A DNA stretch of 34,762 nucleotides from Saprolegnia diclina VS20 (Eukaryota), in assembly GCF_000281045.1 (NCBI RefSeq), contig NW_008246082.1, forward strand, positions 75,049 to 109,810, read 5' to 3'. Both the position numbers and the translations under genes were made by a program. Below are positions 20,823 through 33,259 of the stretch, piece by piece. The first letter of the stretch is position 1, and every line of letters begins with the position of its first letter. A model generated the notes under the pieces. It was not told the DNA's origin and made no database searches. It saw nothing but the letters and a program-made list of their open reading frames with translations.

Positions 20823-23619
20823 ATGGAGCTGACGCATGACACGGACACGGGCCACGATGCGTCCATGAACTTGCGTCCGAAGACGATGTTTGCCATGAAG
20901 GGCCGCGCGCGGCCGAGCGAGACGGCTGCCGAGAGCTTCCTGCCAACATGGAACAAGGACAGCGAGAAGAGGGCGAATGGCGACGACCGCCGCAAGGCCA
21001 AAGGTAGACAAGCACCCAGCCGGACGACCGCCGACAACAGTGCCAGCAGCAGCAACGATTCGGTGCTCCGGTACACGCGCGAAGAGCTCCTTGCACTGCA
21101 CGTCGTGAGCACGGCGCCGCCCGACCTTCCGGAAGGCACGCCCGTCATTTCACCGGACGCGCTTCCGCCCGTCGGCAACCTCCCGTTCGATTATGAAGAA
21201 ATCTACAAGCAGTGGGCGCTCAACCGGAACCGGGGCCGTGGCCGCGGGCGAGCGACTGGCGACAACACCAACAACAACAACAACAACAACAATGGCAACA
21301 ACAACACGCGGGGTACCAACGGCAACAGCGCCCCGACGCGTGGGCGCGCGAGCTCGATGGAAGACGGCGCGGAGAAGGGCCCTCGCCGGGGATCGGACGA
21401 CCTGACGGACCGCGATGGCCGACAATGGGGCGACAAGGTACATACGCATCTGGCCGCGCATCTCATCTCGTCTGCAGAAGGGCGACGACCATTGGGAGCG
21501 CGGCGCCAAGATTGAAAAGGAGAACGACTTGTGGGATGACGTGGACACGGGCGGCGACACGCTCGATATGGTACCGCGGTGCCCACGGTGCTACATGCCG
21601 ATCTCTTGCATAGGGACTGTCCGACTTTGCGCATGCGGCCGAGCAATTCCGTGTCGAGATGGACGAGATGCATCGACTGAACGGCACGACGCGCCCCGAA
21701 GTACGCAACACAACAGCATTGCACGTCTCATGATTATCTAGTTCAAGGCGCAGGTGTCTCTCGAAAGCGACGGGCAGTTTGAGGACAGCGTCGAAGAGGA
21801 CGAAGAGCCGCCAATGTGGGACATGCCTGCCAAGGCCGACGAGCAAGCCGATGACGAGGCGAGTCCGTCGCTGACGGCGGCGAATCCGCTCGCAGACCTC
21901 GCGGGCATGTCGTGGAACATGCCGGCCACACCCACGCTCCACGTCTCGCCGCCCGTCGATGCGTGGTTCTACTTGGATCCGCAGGGACTGCAGCAAGGCC
22001 CGTTCAAGTCGGCGGAGATGCGCGAATGGTTTGAAGCCGGGTACTTTAAGCCGCATTTGCCGATTCGGTTTGGCCACGAAGGCGAGTTTGCGTCGTTGGC
22101 CAACCACTTTCGCCACGGCCAAATCCCATTCGCTTCGCTCCCGAGCCCCAACCCGCAAGCGCAGGCCCAAGCCCAAGCCCAAGCCCAAGCGCAAGCCCAG
22201 GCGCTCGCGGCCGCCAAGGCGCAGGAACAAGCCCGGCAGCAAGCGCTGCAGCAGCAAAAGCAGCTCGAGCAGCAGCAGTACTTGCTCCAGCAGCAGCGCC
22301 TCTTGGAGCAGCGTCGCCTCGCCGACGAGCGCATGCGTCTCGAGATGCAGCGCATGGAACTGAGCCAGGCGCACCACCTCCAGCAGCAGCACCACCTCCA
22401 GCACGAGCACGCGCGCATGGCGATGTTGCAGCAGCAACAACAGCAGCAGCAATTGCACCACCAGCAACTGCTCTTCCGCCAGCATCAGCAACTCCTCCAC
22501 CAACAGCAACAGCAACAGCACCACCTCCAGCACCCGCCGATGGACGCGTCCGCGTGGCAGCAGAGCCAGCGCACGGGGATCCTCGCAGCGCTCGGTATCT
22601 TTGACCCGTCGGCGGCCGCGGACGAAAAGCCGCGCGACGAGGCGGTCGAGAAGCCCGTGACGCCCGGGGCTACCCACGAAGCGCCATCGGCGTGGGGCCA
22701 CAAGCCTCTGTCGCCGCAGCCGACGCCGTCGCCAAAGAAGCCGGTCGACGTCGAGTCGCCCAAGCCGAGTGCGACCAAGGCGGCCAAGAAGGCCAAGAAA
22801 AAGTCGCCGGAGACGCCGACGAATACGGCGACGAGCTGGGGCAACGAGAGCCCGGCGGCTTCGTCGCTCAAGCAGATCCAGGAAGAAGAGCAAAAGGACA
22901 TGCGCCGCCGCCTCGAACAGATGCACGACGCGCCGTCCGAGGCGCCGGCCGACGAGCAGCTTGCTGATATGGGCGCGCAGCTCAAGATGATGCTGGGCGT
23001 CACCGCGTCGCCCAAGAAGCCGTCGCCCAAGAAGCCGTCGCCCAAGAAGCCGTCGCCCAAGAAGCCGGTCGCGAGTGCATGGAAGGCCGCGCCGGCCCCG
23101 GTGGAGACGGCCAAGAAGTCGCTGCGCGATATTTTGGCCGAGGAAGAGCGTCTCGCGTTGCTCAAGGCGAGTGCGGTCGACGGCCAGCCCAAAGCGCCGT
23201 CGCGCTGGAGCAGCGTCGTCACGGGGGCGGCGCCCGTGGTCGTGGCCGCCCCGAAGCGCGTCGCCCCGACGCCGCCCAAGCCAACATCTGCGACGCCGGC
23301 GGTGGACGCGTCGTTTTGGAACTTTGACGCCAAGAACCAGGCGAAACCATCGGCGGCCGACGACTTTGGCGGGCTCTCGGACGACCTCATGGTGTGGTGC
23401 GGCAAGCAGCTCAAGAAGCTCGGCGCGAGCGACGACCTCACGCTCATCCAGTACTGCGCGACGCTGGACGACTCTGGTGAGATCCGCGAGACGCTGGCTG
23501 CCAACCTCGGGTCGACGCCCAAGGTCTCTGCGTTTGCGACCGAGTTTATCAACAAGAAGCTGGCGCTGCAGAAGCAGGCCAAGTCGACGCCCCGCCGCAA
23601 GAAGAAGGGCGACGAGTAG
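20823..23619 (+). CDS. GYF-domain protein, GIGYF/Smy2/EXA1-like translational repressor, multi-exon
   Basis: N-terminal eIF4E/4EHP-binding-type motif YTREELL (YxxxxL-phi). GYF domain WFYLDPQGLQQGPFKSAEMREWFEAGYF, then a Gln-rich region, SLKQIQEEE and SLRDILAEEE repeats, and a C-terminal WC..QL...D.TLIQY...EIRE.L..NLG...FA.EF domain. Confidence 0.9.
21269..21292 (+). repeat. (AAC)n microsatellite encoding poly-Asn in the GYF gene
   Basis: CAACAACAACAACAACAACAACAA, in frame as a run of Asn. Confidence 0.85.
23008..23067 (+). repeat. Perfect 4 x 15-bp coding tandem repeat (SPKKP)4
   Basis: TCGCCCAAGAAGCCG repeated exactly four times. Confidence 0.95.
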
Positions 23620-23975
23620 GACGACTAAGTCCAGTGCCGTAGCGATAGGAGTAGTTAGGGTCTCGGTCCGCGATAACAGGCAAAACATTAGTGACTGACG
23701 GACGCAGACAATCGTGTCCACTTGGTCAAAATACCATCGTCGCCAAGCGAGCCCGAACCCTATTTCATCATAACGTGCATGGCACGTACTTGGGGTAGGG
23801 GTGGGCAGGGTTAGGGTGGGCGACTCGACAGTGTAGCGGTGATGCGGCGAGTGTGGCGGGGACAGCACGGAGCGCATATCCCTGACGTTAGTTGTCCTCC
23901 TAGTTAGTGGTGACGGCGTCCGTGGGACGCTAGCCTTCTTCTCTCGAGGTCAACGACAGCGTACAAGACGGCACC

Positions 23976-24006
23976 GTAGATTAGTAGATTAGTAGATTAG
24001 TAGATT
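23976..24006. repeat. 8-bp tandem repeat (GTAGATTA) x about 3.9
   Basis: GTAGATTA GTAGATTA GTAGATTA GTAGATT, 13 bp downstream of the RCC1-BTB stop codon. Confidence 0.9.
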
Positions 24007-24019
24007 TGTCGTACATGGC

Positions 24020-26033
24020 TTATCGGTTTTGGAGTGTCTCGAGAATAAGCTCGCGACTAAGCAGTTGGAAGCCCTCCGTCTTGGTGACTGTGTCAAAGTG
24101 GCGCACGATGAAATGCATGCAGAGGTCGCGTAGTCGCCCTGCGTGGAGCTCGTCGGCCGCACTCAAGAGGACGCCAGCGTTCTCGACGGTGAGGCCTTTC
24201 TGTACGACGAGCTCGCACAAGCCCTTGAGGCGGTCGAGCGTATACATGTCGGCAGCCGCGTAGAGCTCAATGGCGAGTTCCGGCGTCGGCACGTCGACAG
24301 TGTCGTTGTACATGTACTCGAGCAAGAGCAGAAACACCGCAGCGCGAATCGTCTCGACGTGCACTTCAAGTTCGCGCGCCTCGCGCATGCCCGAGCTAAA
24401 CATGGCCTTAAAGTGGTCCGAGCGCGCGGCCAAGATCGCGCGGTGGGCGTGCACGCGACGGCCGTCGACGAGAAACACCACGTCGGCAAACTCGGGCTGG
24501 TCGATGAGCGACCGCATGTTGGCGGCGTACGTCGAGGTGAGCAGCGACGGCCGAAGCATCGCGACAGGATCTAATATCATCGAGTCGAGTGTTGCAATGT
24601 ATCAAGTTGATACAAAAAGGTACCGACAAGGGCGACCGTGTGTTCATTGTACGACGCGATCGAAACGACGCGCTTGGACTGAAGCGTCTCGACGAGCTTG
24701 GGCAACGTCACTTTGACTTGGTCGTTGTGGCCTACGCAGGAACGTGTCGCTTCGAGGGGTAGGGTCCCAGACGCCATACCGAGTTTGCCGTGGTCGCCGT
24801 TGCCCCACGTATAGACCTCGCCGTTCTCTACATATATATATACGTAAACGACACTAGTGGGCACAGACGTACCCGTCAACGCAACGGTATGGCTCCAGCC
24901 ACACGTGATTTGCACAACAACCTTGTCGGCAAGGTGCTTGACAAGCGACGGGATCGTCTTGTTGACCTTGTCGCCGTGGCCGAGCTGCCCGTGCTCACCG
25001 CCGCCCCATGTAAACTAGACAGCGCATGTGATGGATCCTGCAGCGCAGCCAACGTCGTACAATCTCGCCCGTATCTAGACCATACGTATGAGATCAAGCA
25101 GTCGATGCAACTGTCAAGTTTACCAGTGACCGCAGCCGTGTGGAAGCCGCCGCAAGCGACCTGCTTGATGCGCTTGCCGTGCAGCGTCTCGACGACGCGC
25201 GCGACGAGCTGGTTGCGCTCGCTGTTGTGACCAAGCCGGCCAAACTTGCCTTCGCCAAATGTGTAGAGCTCGCCCTCCTCTAGACAACCGGGTGCACATG
25301 AGCGTCGACCTCTCGCAGAAGAAATAGTATGTACCGCTGAGCGCCGCCGTGTGAAACCCGCAGGCGGCAATCTGCATGATGGACTTGTCCTTGAGCTCGT
25401 CGACTGCACAGGGCAGGTACTGATGGCCGTCCGTATCACCGTGACCGCTCACGCCGTTCTCCTTGTCGCCCCATGTGTACACGTCACGGTTCTCGAGGAG
25501 CACGACCGTGTGGCGCGACCCGCAAGCAACCTGGTCGACCTTGTGGTTGGAGAGCGTATCGACCAGGTACGGCACCGAGTGACCGCTTTCGTTGCCGTGG
25601 CCGAGCTTGCCGTACATGCCGCCGCCCCACGTATATAGCTCCCCTGTGACGGTCACGGCGGCGGTGTGGTAGCTGCCGCATGTGACCTGCTTGATGCGCT
25701 TTCCGTGCAGCGCTTCGACCAGGCGTGGCACAAACTTCCATCCGTTGTCGCCATGGCCCAGCCGCCCGTCGTCGCCGCGGCCCCACGTATATACATCGCC
25801 ATTCTCATCGAGCACGACGGTATGGCCGCTGCCGCACGCGATCTGGACGACGCACTTGTCCCGGAGCGCCTCGACGAGCACGGGCCGGTACTGGTCGCTG
25901 GTATCGCCGAGCCCGAGCTGGCCGTCTTCGCCGCGTCCCCAGCTGTACACTACACATTGCTCTGTCACTAGACAGACACGGCGATATCGACGGCGATCCT
26001 CCGATGGCGTCGGCGCGACGGCGTACCTGCCAT
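24020..26033 (-). CDS. RCC1-repeat and BTB/POZ domain protein (RCBTB-like Cul3 adaptor), multi-exon
   Basis: Multiple RCC1 repeats (VYSWGRGEDGQLGLGD, QIACGSGHTV, TWGRGDDGRLGHGD, QVACGSRHTV, TWGNGDHGKLG) and a BTB domain FADVVFLVDGRRVHAHRAILAARSDHFKAMF...LKGLCE. A 7-nt first exon (26027..26033) is inferred. Confidence 0.93.
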
Positions 26034-26684
26034 GCTGCTGCTGCTGCCGGTCTTGGATCTCGGCCACCTTTTTATTATGGTATTTAAATAAATACACTTG
26101 GAATCCTTCGATATTTTGCACCCAACTTCGCTTCGAGCCACCGCCCATACAAACACCAAGTGTTCTCACAGGCCCAGGCAGTTGGTGCCGAATTTCGAAG
26201 TAGATTCCGCGCAGTGGCCAATCAAACGCAGCCGCCTGCGATGTTTTGGACCAATCAAAGCTGCTGTTCAGGTAACCAACAGAGAAGCGCGCCGATACAC
26301 GAGGCGGCATGTGCCGCGACCAGATTTTATTTTCGGCACGTCCGAGCTGCCGCCACGCACACGCAGTCACGCCTCGTCACACCCAGCTTCACGCCTGGGC
26401 CATGCCATAGATATGCATCGCTCGAGCGCAGCTTTGCATGGTACGCAGTAGGTTAGTATGTTGATGTTTTGCCGAATCGGCTCCTGCGAAAACGCGCCAA
26501 CTTGCACTTCAACTGCAACCGTGCGTCACCCGGAACAAGACACAAGACATGACGGGACAAAAGTGTACATATTGGCGGTCAACGGTCGATTACTTGGTCA
26601 TATCGCCTCTATTTCCTGCAAAATATTTGCGATTTTTCAACAAAAACGATGGAAAATGTGTGTACATGAGGAGCGCACAAGCAT

Positions 26685-27593
26685 TTAACTCTTGCCGAGC
26701 GCGAGGACCAACGTCAGGACGAGCAGCACGAGGATGAGGCCGAGCACGCCATAGCAGATCATCTTGCGCTTCGTGCAGACGCAGTAGGATTTCCGCATGT
26801 CGGCTTGCTTGACCTGGTTCAAGCCCTCTTCAGCGTTTTCATGGGCGTTGTCAATGTTGTCGGTAATCTCGACTAGTATCAACATCATCAGCATCCATTT
26901 CGCAACGGATGCAAGTCGTACCAATGACTTCGCCTTGGTCTTGGACGAGGCCGTCGATCTCCTTGTATGCAGCGTTGATCTCCTTGAGCTGGTGGTTGAT
27001 GTGGATAATGTCTTCTTCGCGCCGCATCATGTCGTCTTCGTCGTACGTGGTCACTTGGGCCTGGGCGTAAATCTGGTCTTCGTTGTAGTTGAAAAAGTTG
27101 TTGCCGTTCGTCTCGCCCTTGGGCTGCACAAACGACGACGACGACCGGCGAATGTTGTCGACGGCCTGCGTCTCGGCCGCGACCACTGTCTCGCAGCTCT
27201 TTTGGAAGAGCTCGAGCTGCGATTTGAAGTCGGACGAGAGCTTCTTCACGGCTGTCGCACGCGCCTTGGCCTTTGGGCCGCTCTTGTTCTTGACGTCGTC
27301 CGTGAGCAGCTTGAGCCGCTTCTGGATCTTGCCCACGAGCTTGTTGCCCTTGTCGACGAGCTCCGTGAGCTTCTCGTGGTTGGCGCGCGAGTCCAGCGAC
27401 GTGCCATAGAGCGAAACCTACGTCATGATGTAGCTACGATGCACGACGCAATCACTACCTTTTGATCGATCGAGCGGATGATGCCATTGAACTGCCCGAC
27501 GGCCTTGGACACTTCGCTGAGAAGCGTCTCATACTGGCCTTGGTCCATGAGACCGCCTGCGTTGTTCCGGGGCGAGTTGAACGAGTCGTACAT
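26685..27593 (-). CDS. Syntaxin (Qa-SNARE), endosomal/vacuolar syntaxin-7/12/PEP12/SYP2-like, multi-exon
   Basis: Habc region (YGTSLDSRANHEKL...KKLSSDFKSQLELFQ), SNARE motif REEDIIHINHQLKEINAAYKEIDGLVQDQGEVI..ITDNIDNA, and a C-terminal TM helix GVLGLILVLLVLTLVLAL. Confidence 0.9.
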
Positions 27594-29296
27594 GTTACCG
27601 CTACAAACATCGCATGAGCGTCGGCGTCGTCGGCGCGGCCGCGTACCGGCGAAGGCCGAGACGGCTTGTGAAATGGCGACCGGCGAGCGTGAGTCACGTA
27701 CCATCTCCAGGCTCTTTCTAACCGAACGGTTGGCGGTTGGTCGAACCTGGGCGAGCCAAATGGGTCGTGTCCCAGCGACTGGAAAATTCAAATGTGGACA
27801 GAGGACACGAATGGCAAGCTGAGCGGAAGCCGCTGGTCGCCACGCTACACGAGGAGGCATTGCATTCACAGTTTGGCGCCTGCGTGCTATGACCATCAGC
27901 TTACCGATCCTCAGTGTTGCCCTACTGGTTGACGATGGTGTGAAATGCAAGTGTGAAATAGATGTTTATGGTGGGAATTCAAGCTGCATTTCACACGTTG
28001 CCCACATACTAGTACATTCGTTTGTGAAATGTTGAAACGAGTCAAATTTGTCGAAACCATTCGTCTCGAACCATGGCATCATCGACTACGAGGCGCAGTC
28101 GGGGAAGCTTTCTAAAGCTACTCGCCGCAACGACGTTGCGAGAAGAGACGTGGGCAACCCGGAGGCGCACGGCTGCGCGTCGTCACGCAAAGGACGAGCA
28201 CCGACTATACAATCCCACAAACAAGAAGCCTTCGTCTATGCCCTGGTCCATGCATTTGCTGCGATTTGAAGGAGCACGCTACAAGGTACACGTCCGCTCT
28301 CCTTGTGCGCAGACGTCACAACGAAACCGGTACCGGTATATATATATGTATGAGCTTCTACACCAAGTCTTTTCAGCTCAATATCAACTGCAATTGCACA
28401 AGACTGTCATGGCATTGAATGTGTACGAGGAAATCCTCTCGCATGACGCGAACGCACGCGGTCCACACATGACGTGGCACGCCATGCCGAAAATAAGCGG
28501 CTGTCGGTCACAAAACCCGGACTTTTGCGGGTAGTTTGCCGCATTTAGAAGCCCAACCGCACGAAATTTTGCGGACGCCATTGCAGAATTCTCAGGACCA
28601 TCTCGCGCGTAGTATCAGCTGGTGTACAACCCAACCACAGCGCGCTGCGCGCGTCCGATCCTCGACCAAGGCAACGACGACACTCACCCGTCTCTACCTT
28701 GCGCGCTTCGTCGCCATCGCAGTAGTGCTCGTATTGGCAATGGCCGCGTCCGCGCGTGTCGCACGCTGCTGTGGCGTTGTGTCTCCAGCTGGTCGTCGGT
28801 CGTCTCTTCCTCCGGCCAGCCTCGCATGGTGCACATGCATCGAATGTCTACCTCGCCCTGGTATGAGCATCAAGTTGGGTGTGCGATGGAGAGGAAAAGA
28901 AGTTCAACTTGGCGCGCGGCTGCTTTGGCTTCATCGCCACCAATGCGAGAGCATGTACGGCCGTACATTCTCCACACCCCGCCATGTCATTGACGACGCG
29001 GCGCAATTAAAAAAAGCGCCTTTGGCCCATAGCTTTCAAGCCCGAAGTGGGGCAAGATACGACAACCGAATAAAAATGTGTCATTGACTGCAAAGCCGTA
29101 CGTCCATTCGCCGTCCGGTCGACCGCCGCATTTGGTATTTGTATGGAACGGCCGTCCATTGTCGTACATGGAACGGACGGCAATGTACGTACTATGTTTG
29201 GATCGGGTGTACGGGCTTTGGGGCCTCACTTTACTTTCCATCGCGGACCTCCGGAGTCCGCCCATCTTCCTCGTTCGCATCGACCGACGGAAGACC

Positions 29297-32200
29297 ATGT
29301 CGTCGCTCGAGATGGTGCCCGGGGCGCTCTGCTACGTGCCCGATGAGGTCGACGTATGGCTGCCGGCCGAGGTCGTCGGGCAGAAGGCTGGCACGAAGCA
29401 GATCACATGCAAGGTCTGGACCGTCGACGGCCACGTCGAGGAGCGCGTGGTTGACCTCGATGACAAGAAGACGCGCGCGCTCATGAGCGGCAAGGGCGAA
29501 GCCATGGACGCCGTCGACACGCTGCCGTTCCAGAACGAAAACGTCGGCGACGACGGTATCGAGGACATGATCACATTGAACTACCTCCATGAGGCTGCCA
29601 TCTTGTACAACGTCAAGAAGCGCTTCCTGCGCGAGCTCCCGTACACGTACACGGGCACGATCTGCATTGCTGTCAACCCGTACAAGTGGCTGCCCGAGCT
29701 GTATGCGGAAGAGCAGCACGTGCGGTACCTCAACATCCCGCGCGAAGAGCTGCCGCCGCACGTGTACGCGACGTCGGTCGCGTCGTACGAGAACATGAAG
29801 ACGCACAGCCGCAACCAGTCGATTCTTGTCAGTGGCGAATCCGGCGCGGGTAAGACCGAGACGACCAAGATTCTCATGAACCACCTCGCGACGATCGCCG
29901 GTGGCATGAACGATGGCACGATCAAGAAGATCATCCAAGTCTCGCCGCTGCTCGAGTACTTTGGTAACGCCAAGACGGTCCGCAACGACAACAGTTCGCG
30001 CTTCGGCAAGTTTACCCAGCTCCAGTTTGACCGCGCGGGGACGCTCGTCGGCGCCAAGTGTAAGACGTACCTTCTCGAGAAGACGCGTGTCATTGGCCAC
30101 GAGTTTCCCGAGCGCAATTACCACATTTTCTACCAGGTACATGGCAATGCATGCAGCGGATCGGTTCTCACGTTGCAAACTGTAGCTCATTGACTCGGGG
30201 GACATGGCCAAGACGCTCTTCCTCGACCAGGACGCCACGTACCGGTACATTGGTGAGAAGAGCACGGCGCTCATCGAAGGCAAGTCGGACGCACACCACT
30301 TTACGGTCACGGCCGAGCGCCTCAGCCTCATCGGCTACTCGGCGTCGGCGCAGCTCGACCTCTACAAGACGCTTGCCGGTATCTTGCACCTCGGCAACAT
30401 GCAGATCATCTCGGACCCGTCCGACGACGAAAAGTCGATGATCGCGCCCGGCGACGTGTCGGCGACGTACATTACGCAGCTCATGGGCCTCACGATGGAG
30501 TCGCTCGAGAAGGCGCTCTGCTCGCGCACGATGCGGGCGCGCAACGACGTGTACAGCGTGCCACTCAAGAAGGTACACGTCCCATGTTGTGGCGACAGTC
30601 TCTCATCGAGCTATCCTAGAGCGACGCGGAAGCGTGCTTGGACGCGCTCGCCAAGGCCATTTACTCGCGCGTCTTTGACTGGCTCGTCGAGCTCATCAAC
30701 TTGTCGCTGTCGAACGACGCCAAGATGACCAACCACATTGGCGTGCTCGATATCTTTGGGTTCGAGCACTTCAAGTTCAACTCGTTTGAGCAATTTTGCA
30801 TCAACTACGCCAACGAGAAGCTGCAGCAAAAGTTCACGTCGGACGTGTTCAAGACGGTACAGATCGAGTACGAGGAAGAGGGCATCCAGTGGGAGCACAT
30901 CGAGTTCTCGGACAACCAAGATGTGCTCAACGTCATCGAAGACCGCATCGGTATCATCTCGCTCCTGAACGAAGAGCTCAAGAAGACCAAGGGCTCGGAG
31001 GCCGGCTTTATGTCGACGATCTCGTCGATCAACAAGGACCTGTACAAGCCCAGCGTCATCGAGTTTCCGCGTACGTCGCGCACCGAGTTTATCATCAAGC
31101 ACTACGCGGCGCCTGTCAAGTACGAGTCGCTCGGGTTCCTCGAGAAGCACAAGGACAACCTGCTCCCGGATCTCTCGGACCTCATGCGCGGCTCGGACAC
31201 GACGTACATCCAAAAGCTCTTTGAAGAAAAGGTCGTCGAGGTCAAGAAGGAAGAGGTACCGGCCGGTCGCCGTCGTGGCGGTACGCTCAACATCTCGACC
31301 GTCGGGTCGCAGTTCAAGGACAGCTTGACGGAGCTCATGACGACGATCCAGTCGACGAACGTGCAGTACGTGCGCTGCATCAAGCCCAACTCGATCAAGA
31401 GCGCGACGACGATGGAGAACGCGATGGTTGTCTCGCAGCTGCGCTGCGCCGGTGTCATTGAAGCCATTCGCATCTCACGCGCTGCGTACCCGAACCGACA
31501 GACGCACGAAGAGTTTTTGGCCAAGTTCCGCCTCTTTGTGCCAGCGGGCCCTGGCAAGCCGCGCGAAAAGTGCGAGCAGCTCATGACCAAGCTCAAGCTC
31601 ACGTCGCCCGCGCAGTACCAGATGGGGTGGACCAAGATCTACTTCCAGCTCGGCGTGCTCGAGGAGCTCGAAGACCGTCGCAAGAAGTTCTTGGACAAGA
31701 AGGCGCGCTTCCTCCAGAAGATCATGAAGGGCTTTACCCAGCGCATCAAGTACCTGCGCCAGCTGCGCGCGATCGTCAAGCTCCAGTCGGTCATCCGCTG
31801 CGTGCTCGCGATGCACCGCTACAACACGTTCCTCAAGGGCCTCGTCAAGGCGCAGGCGCGCATCCGTGGCATCCTTGGTCGCAAGGTCGCACTCGAAGTC
31901 AAGCGCAACCACTGCGCTGTCATCATCCAGCGCCACCTTCTTGGGTACGCCAAGCGCATCACGTACAAGAAGAAGCGCCGCCTCATCATCCGCGTCCAAG
32001 CATACGCCCGCATGCACCTCGAGCGTCCCAAGTACCTTGCCGCGCTCAAGGAGAAGAAGATGGAGGCCGACATGCAGTACCAGCTCAAGATGCTGCAGCA
32101 GCGTCTCCTCGAAGAGCAAGCTCGCAACGCGCAGCTCGCGCAGGCGCAGTCGCAGCCGACCAAGTCGACGGACAAGGCCATTATCTCCGACTCGGCCGAC

Positions 32201-33259
32201 ATGATTGGGTCGCTCCAGGACGCCAACGCGATCTTCAAGAAGGAGAACGACGAGATGAAGTCGAGCCTCGCGTCGCTCAAGTCGGAGCTCGAGAAGCTCA
32301 AGCTCGACAAGGAGCTCGCGATGGCCAACACGATCGTCAAGCTCAAGCAAGAGCAGGAGGCGCTCAAGGTTGCGCACAAGAAGATCGAAGCGCTCGAGGC
32401 CGAGAACGCCAAGCTCAAGGACACGATCGCCAAGGGCGGGTTTCCGGCCCACGACGCCAGCGCCAAGCCCGCGCGCCGCAAGCTCTTCCGCACGCTCGGT
32501 GCCAAGAAGATCACCGAGGCCGACGTGCGCGCGGCCGATGGCGGCGTCATGCTCGATTCGCTCACGGACGAGAAGGATGTCTCGACCGGCTCGTCCCACC
32601 TCGGGTCGGCCGTCAGCCTCATCAAGAACATCAAGCGCCCGGCGTTCTGGGGCAACGCGGCGCCGGCGCACGCTACGCCGGCGCACGCCGACGACGCGAC
32701 TTCCGACACGGAGAAGCGCAACTCGGACTACAACGACTCGACGGTCAAGACAGACGTCGAGAGCGACGGCGGCTCGCGCACCTCGGTGCTGGGCATGCTC
32801 TCGTCGGCGTCGACCTCGGGCGTGAGTGGTGCCATGAGCCGCATCAAGGGCGGCATGGGCATCCCGACGGGCTTCAAGAGCTTTTATGGCAACAAGGGCG
32901 AAGAAAAGAAGGAGGACGCGGCGACGACGGCGACCAACGGCAAGACGGCCACCAACGGCACGTCGCGTCCGGGCCTCAACCGCGTTGAGAGCAAGGCCCG
33001 CGTCATTACGAGCAACTTGCCGCCGCAGGAGTCGTTCAACCTCGACTCGCTCCCGGAGGCACCGCTGCCAATGGGCTGGGAAGCCAAGGTCTCGCGCAAC
33101 AACGGCAAGGTGTACTACGTCAACAAGTCGCTCAAGCTCACGCAGTGGGATCGCCCGACGATCGAGACGCTCAAGCTCATGAAGCAGAAGAAGGCGCAGG
33201 AGACGACGGCGGCGGCGGCGACACCCGCGGCGCCCGTTGTTTCGACAACAGCAGAGTAG
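29297..33259 (+). CDS. Unconventional myosin heavy chain: N-terminal SH3-like, motor, 5 IQ, coiled coil, C-terminal WW; about 1288 aa, 3 exons
   Basis: join(29297..30136,30186..30572,30620..33259). P-loop GESGAGKT, switch I NDNSSRFGKF, switch II DIFGFE, YVRCIKPN, QLRCAGVIEAIRI, five IQ-like motifs and WW domain LPMGWEAKVSRNNGKVYYVNKSLKLTQWDRP. Confidence 0.97.

Noticed and set aside
23654..23820. Isolated TTAGGG hexamers suggesting telomeric repeats
   Set aside because: There are only two dispersed copies, not a tandem array.
21463..23877. 804-aa minus-strand ORF, and similar long antisense ORFs at 31475..33283, 29231..30331, 11103..11990 and 6748..8037
   Set aside because: These are antisense or alternate-frame shadows of GC3-biased real genes, with Leu/Arg/Val-rich unnatural composition and no motifs.
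1..26033. Three cullin-ligase adaptor types (Ank-SOCS-like, F-box, RCC1-BTB) in one window
   Set aside because: These are large gene families separated by unrelated genes, so co-occurrence in 26 kb is plausible by chance.
28048..29087. ORFs of 120-180 aa in the syntaxin-myosin intergenic region
   Set aside because: No domain motifs, weak codon bias and mutually overlapping frames. A decayed gene cannot be excluded but is unsupported.
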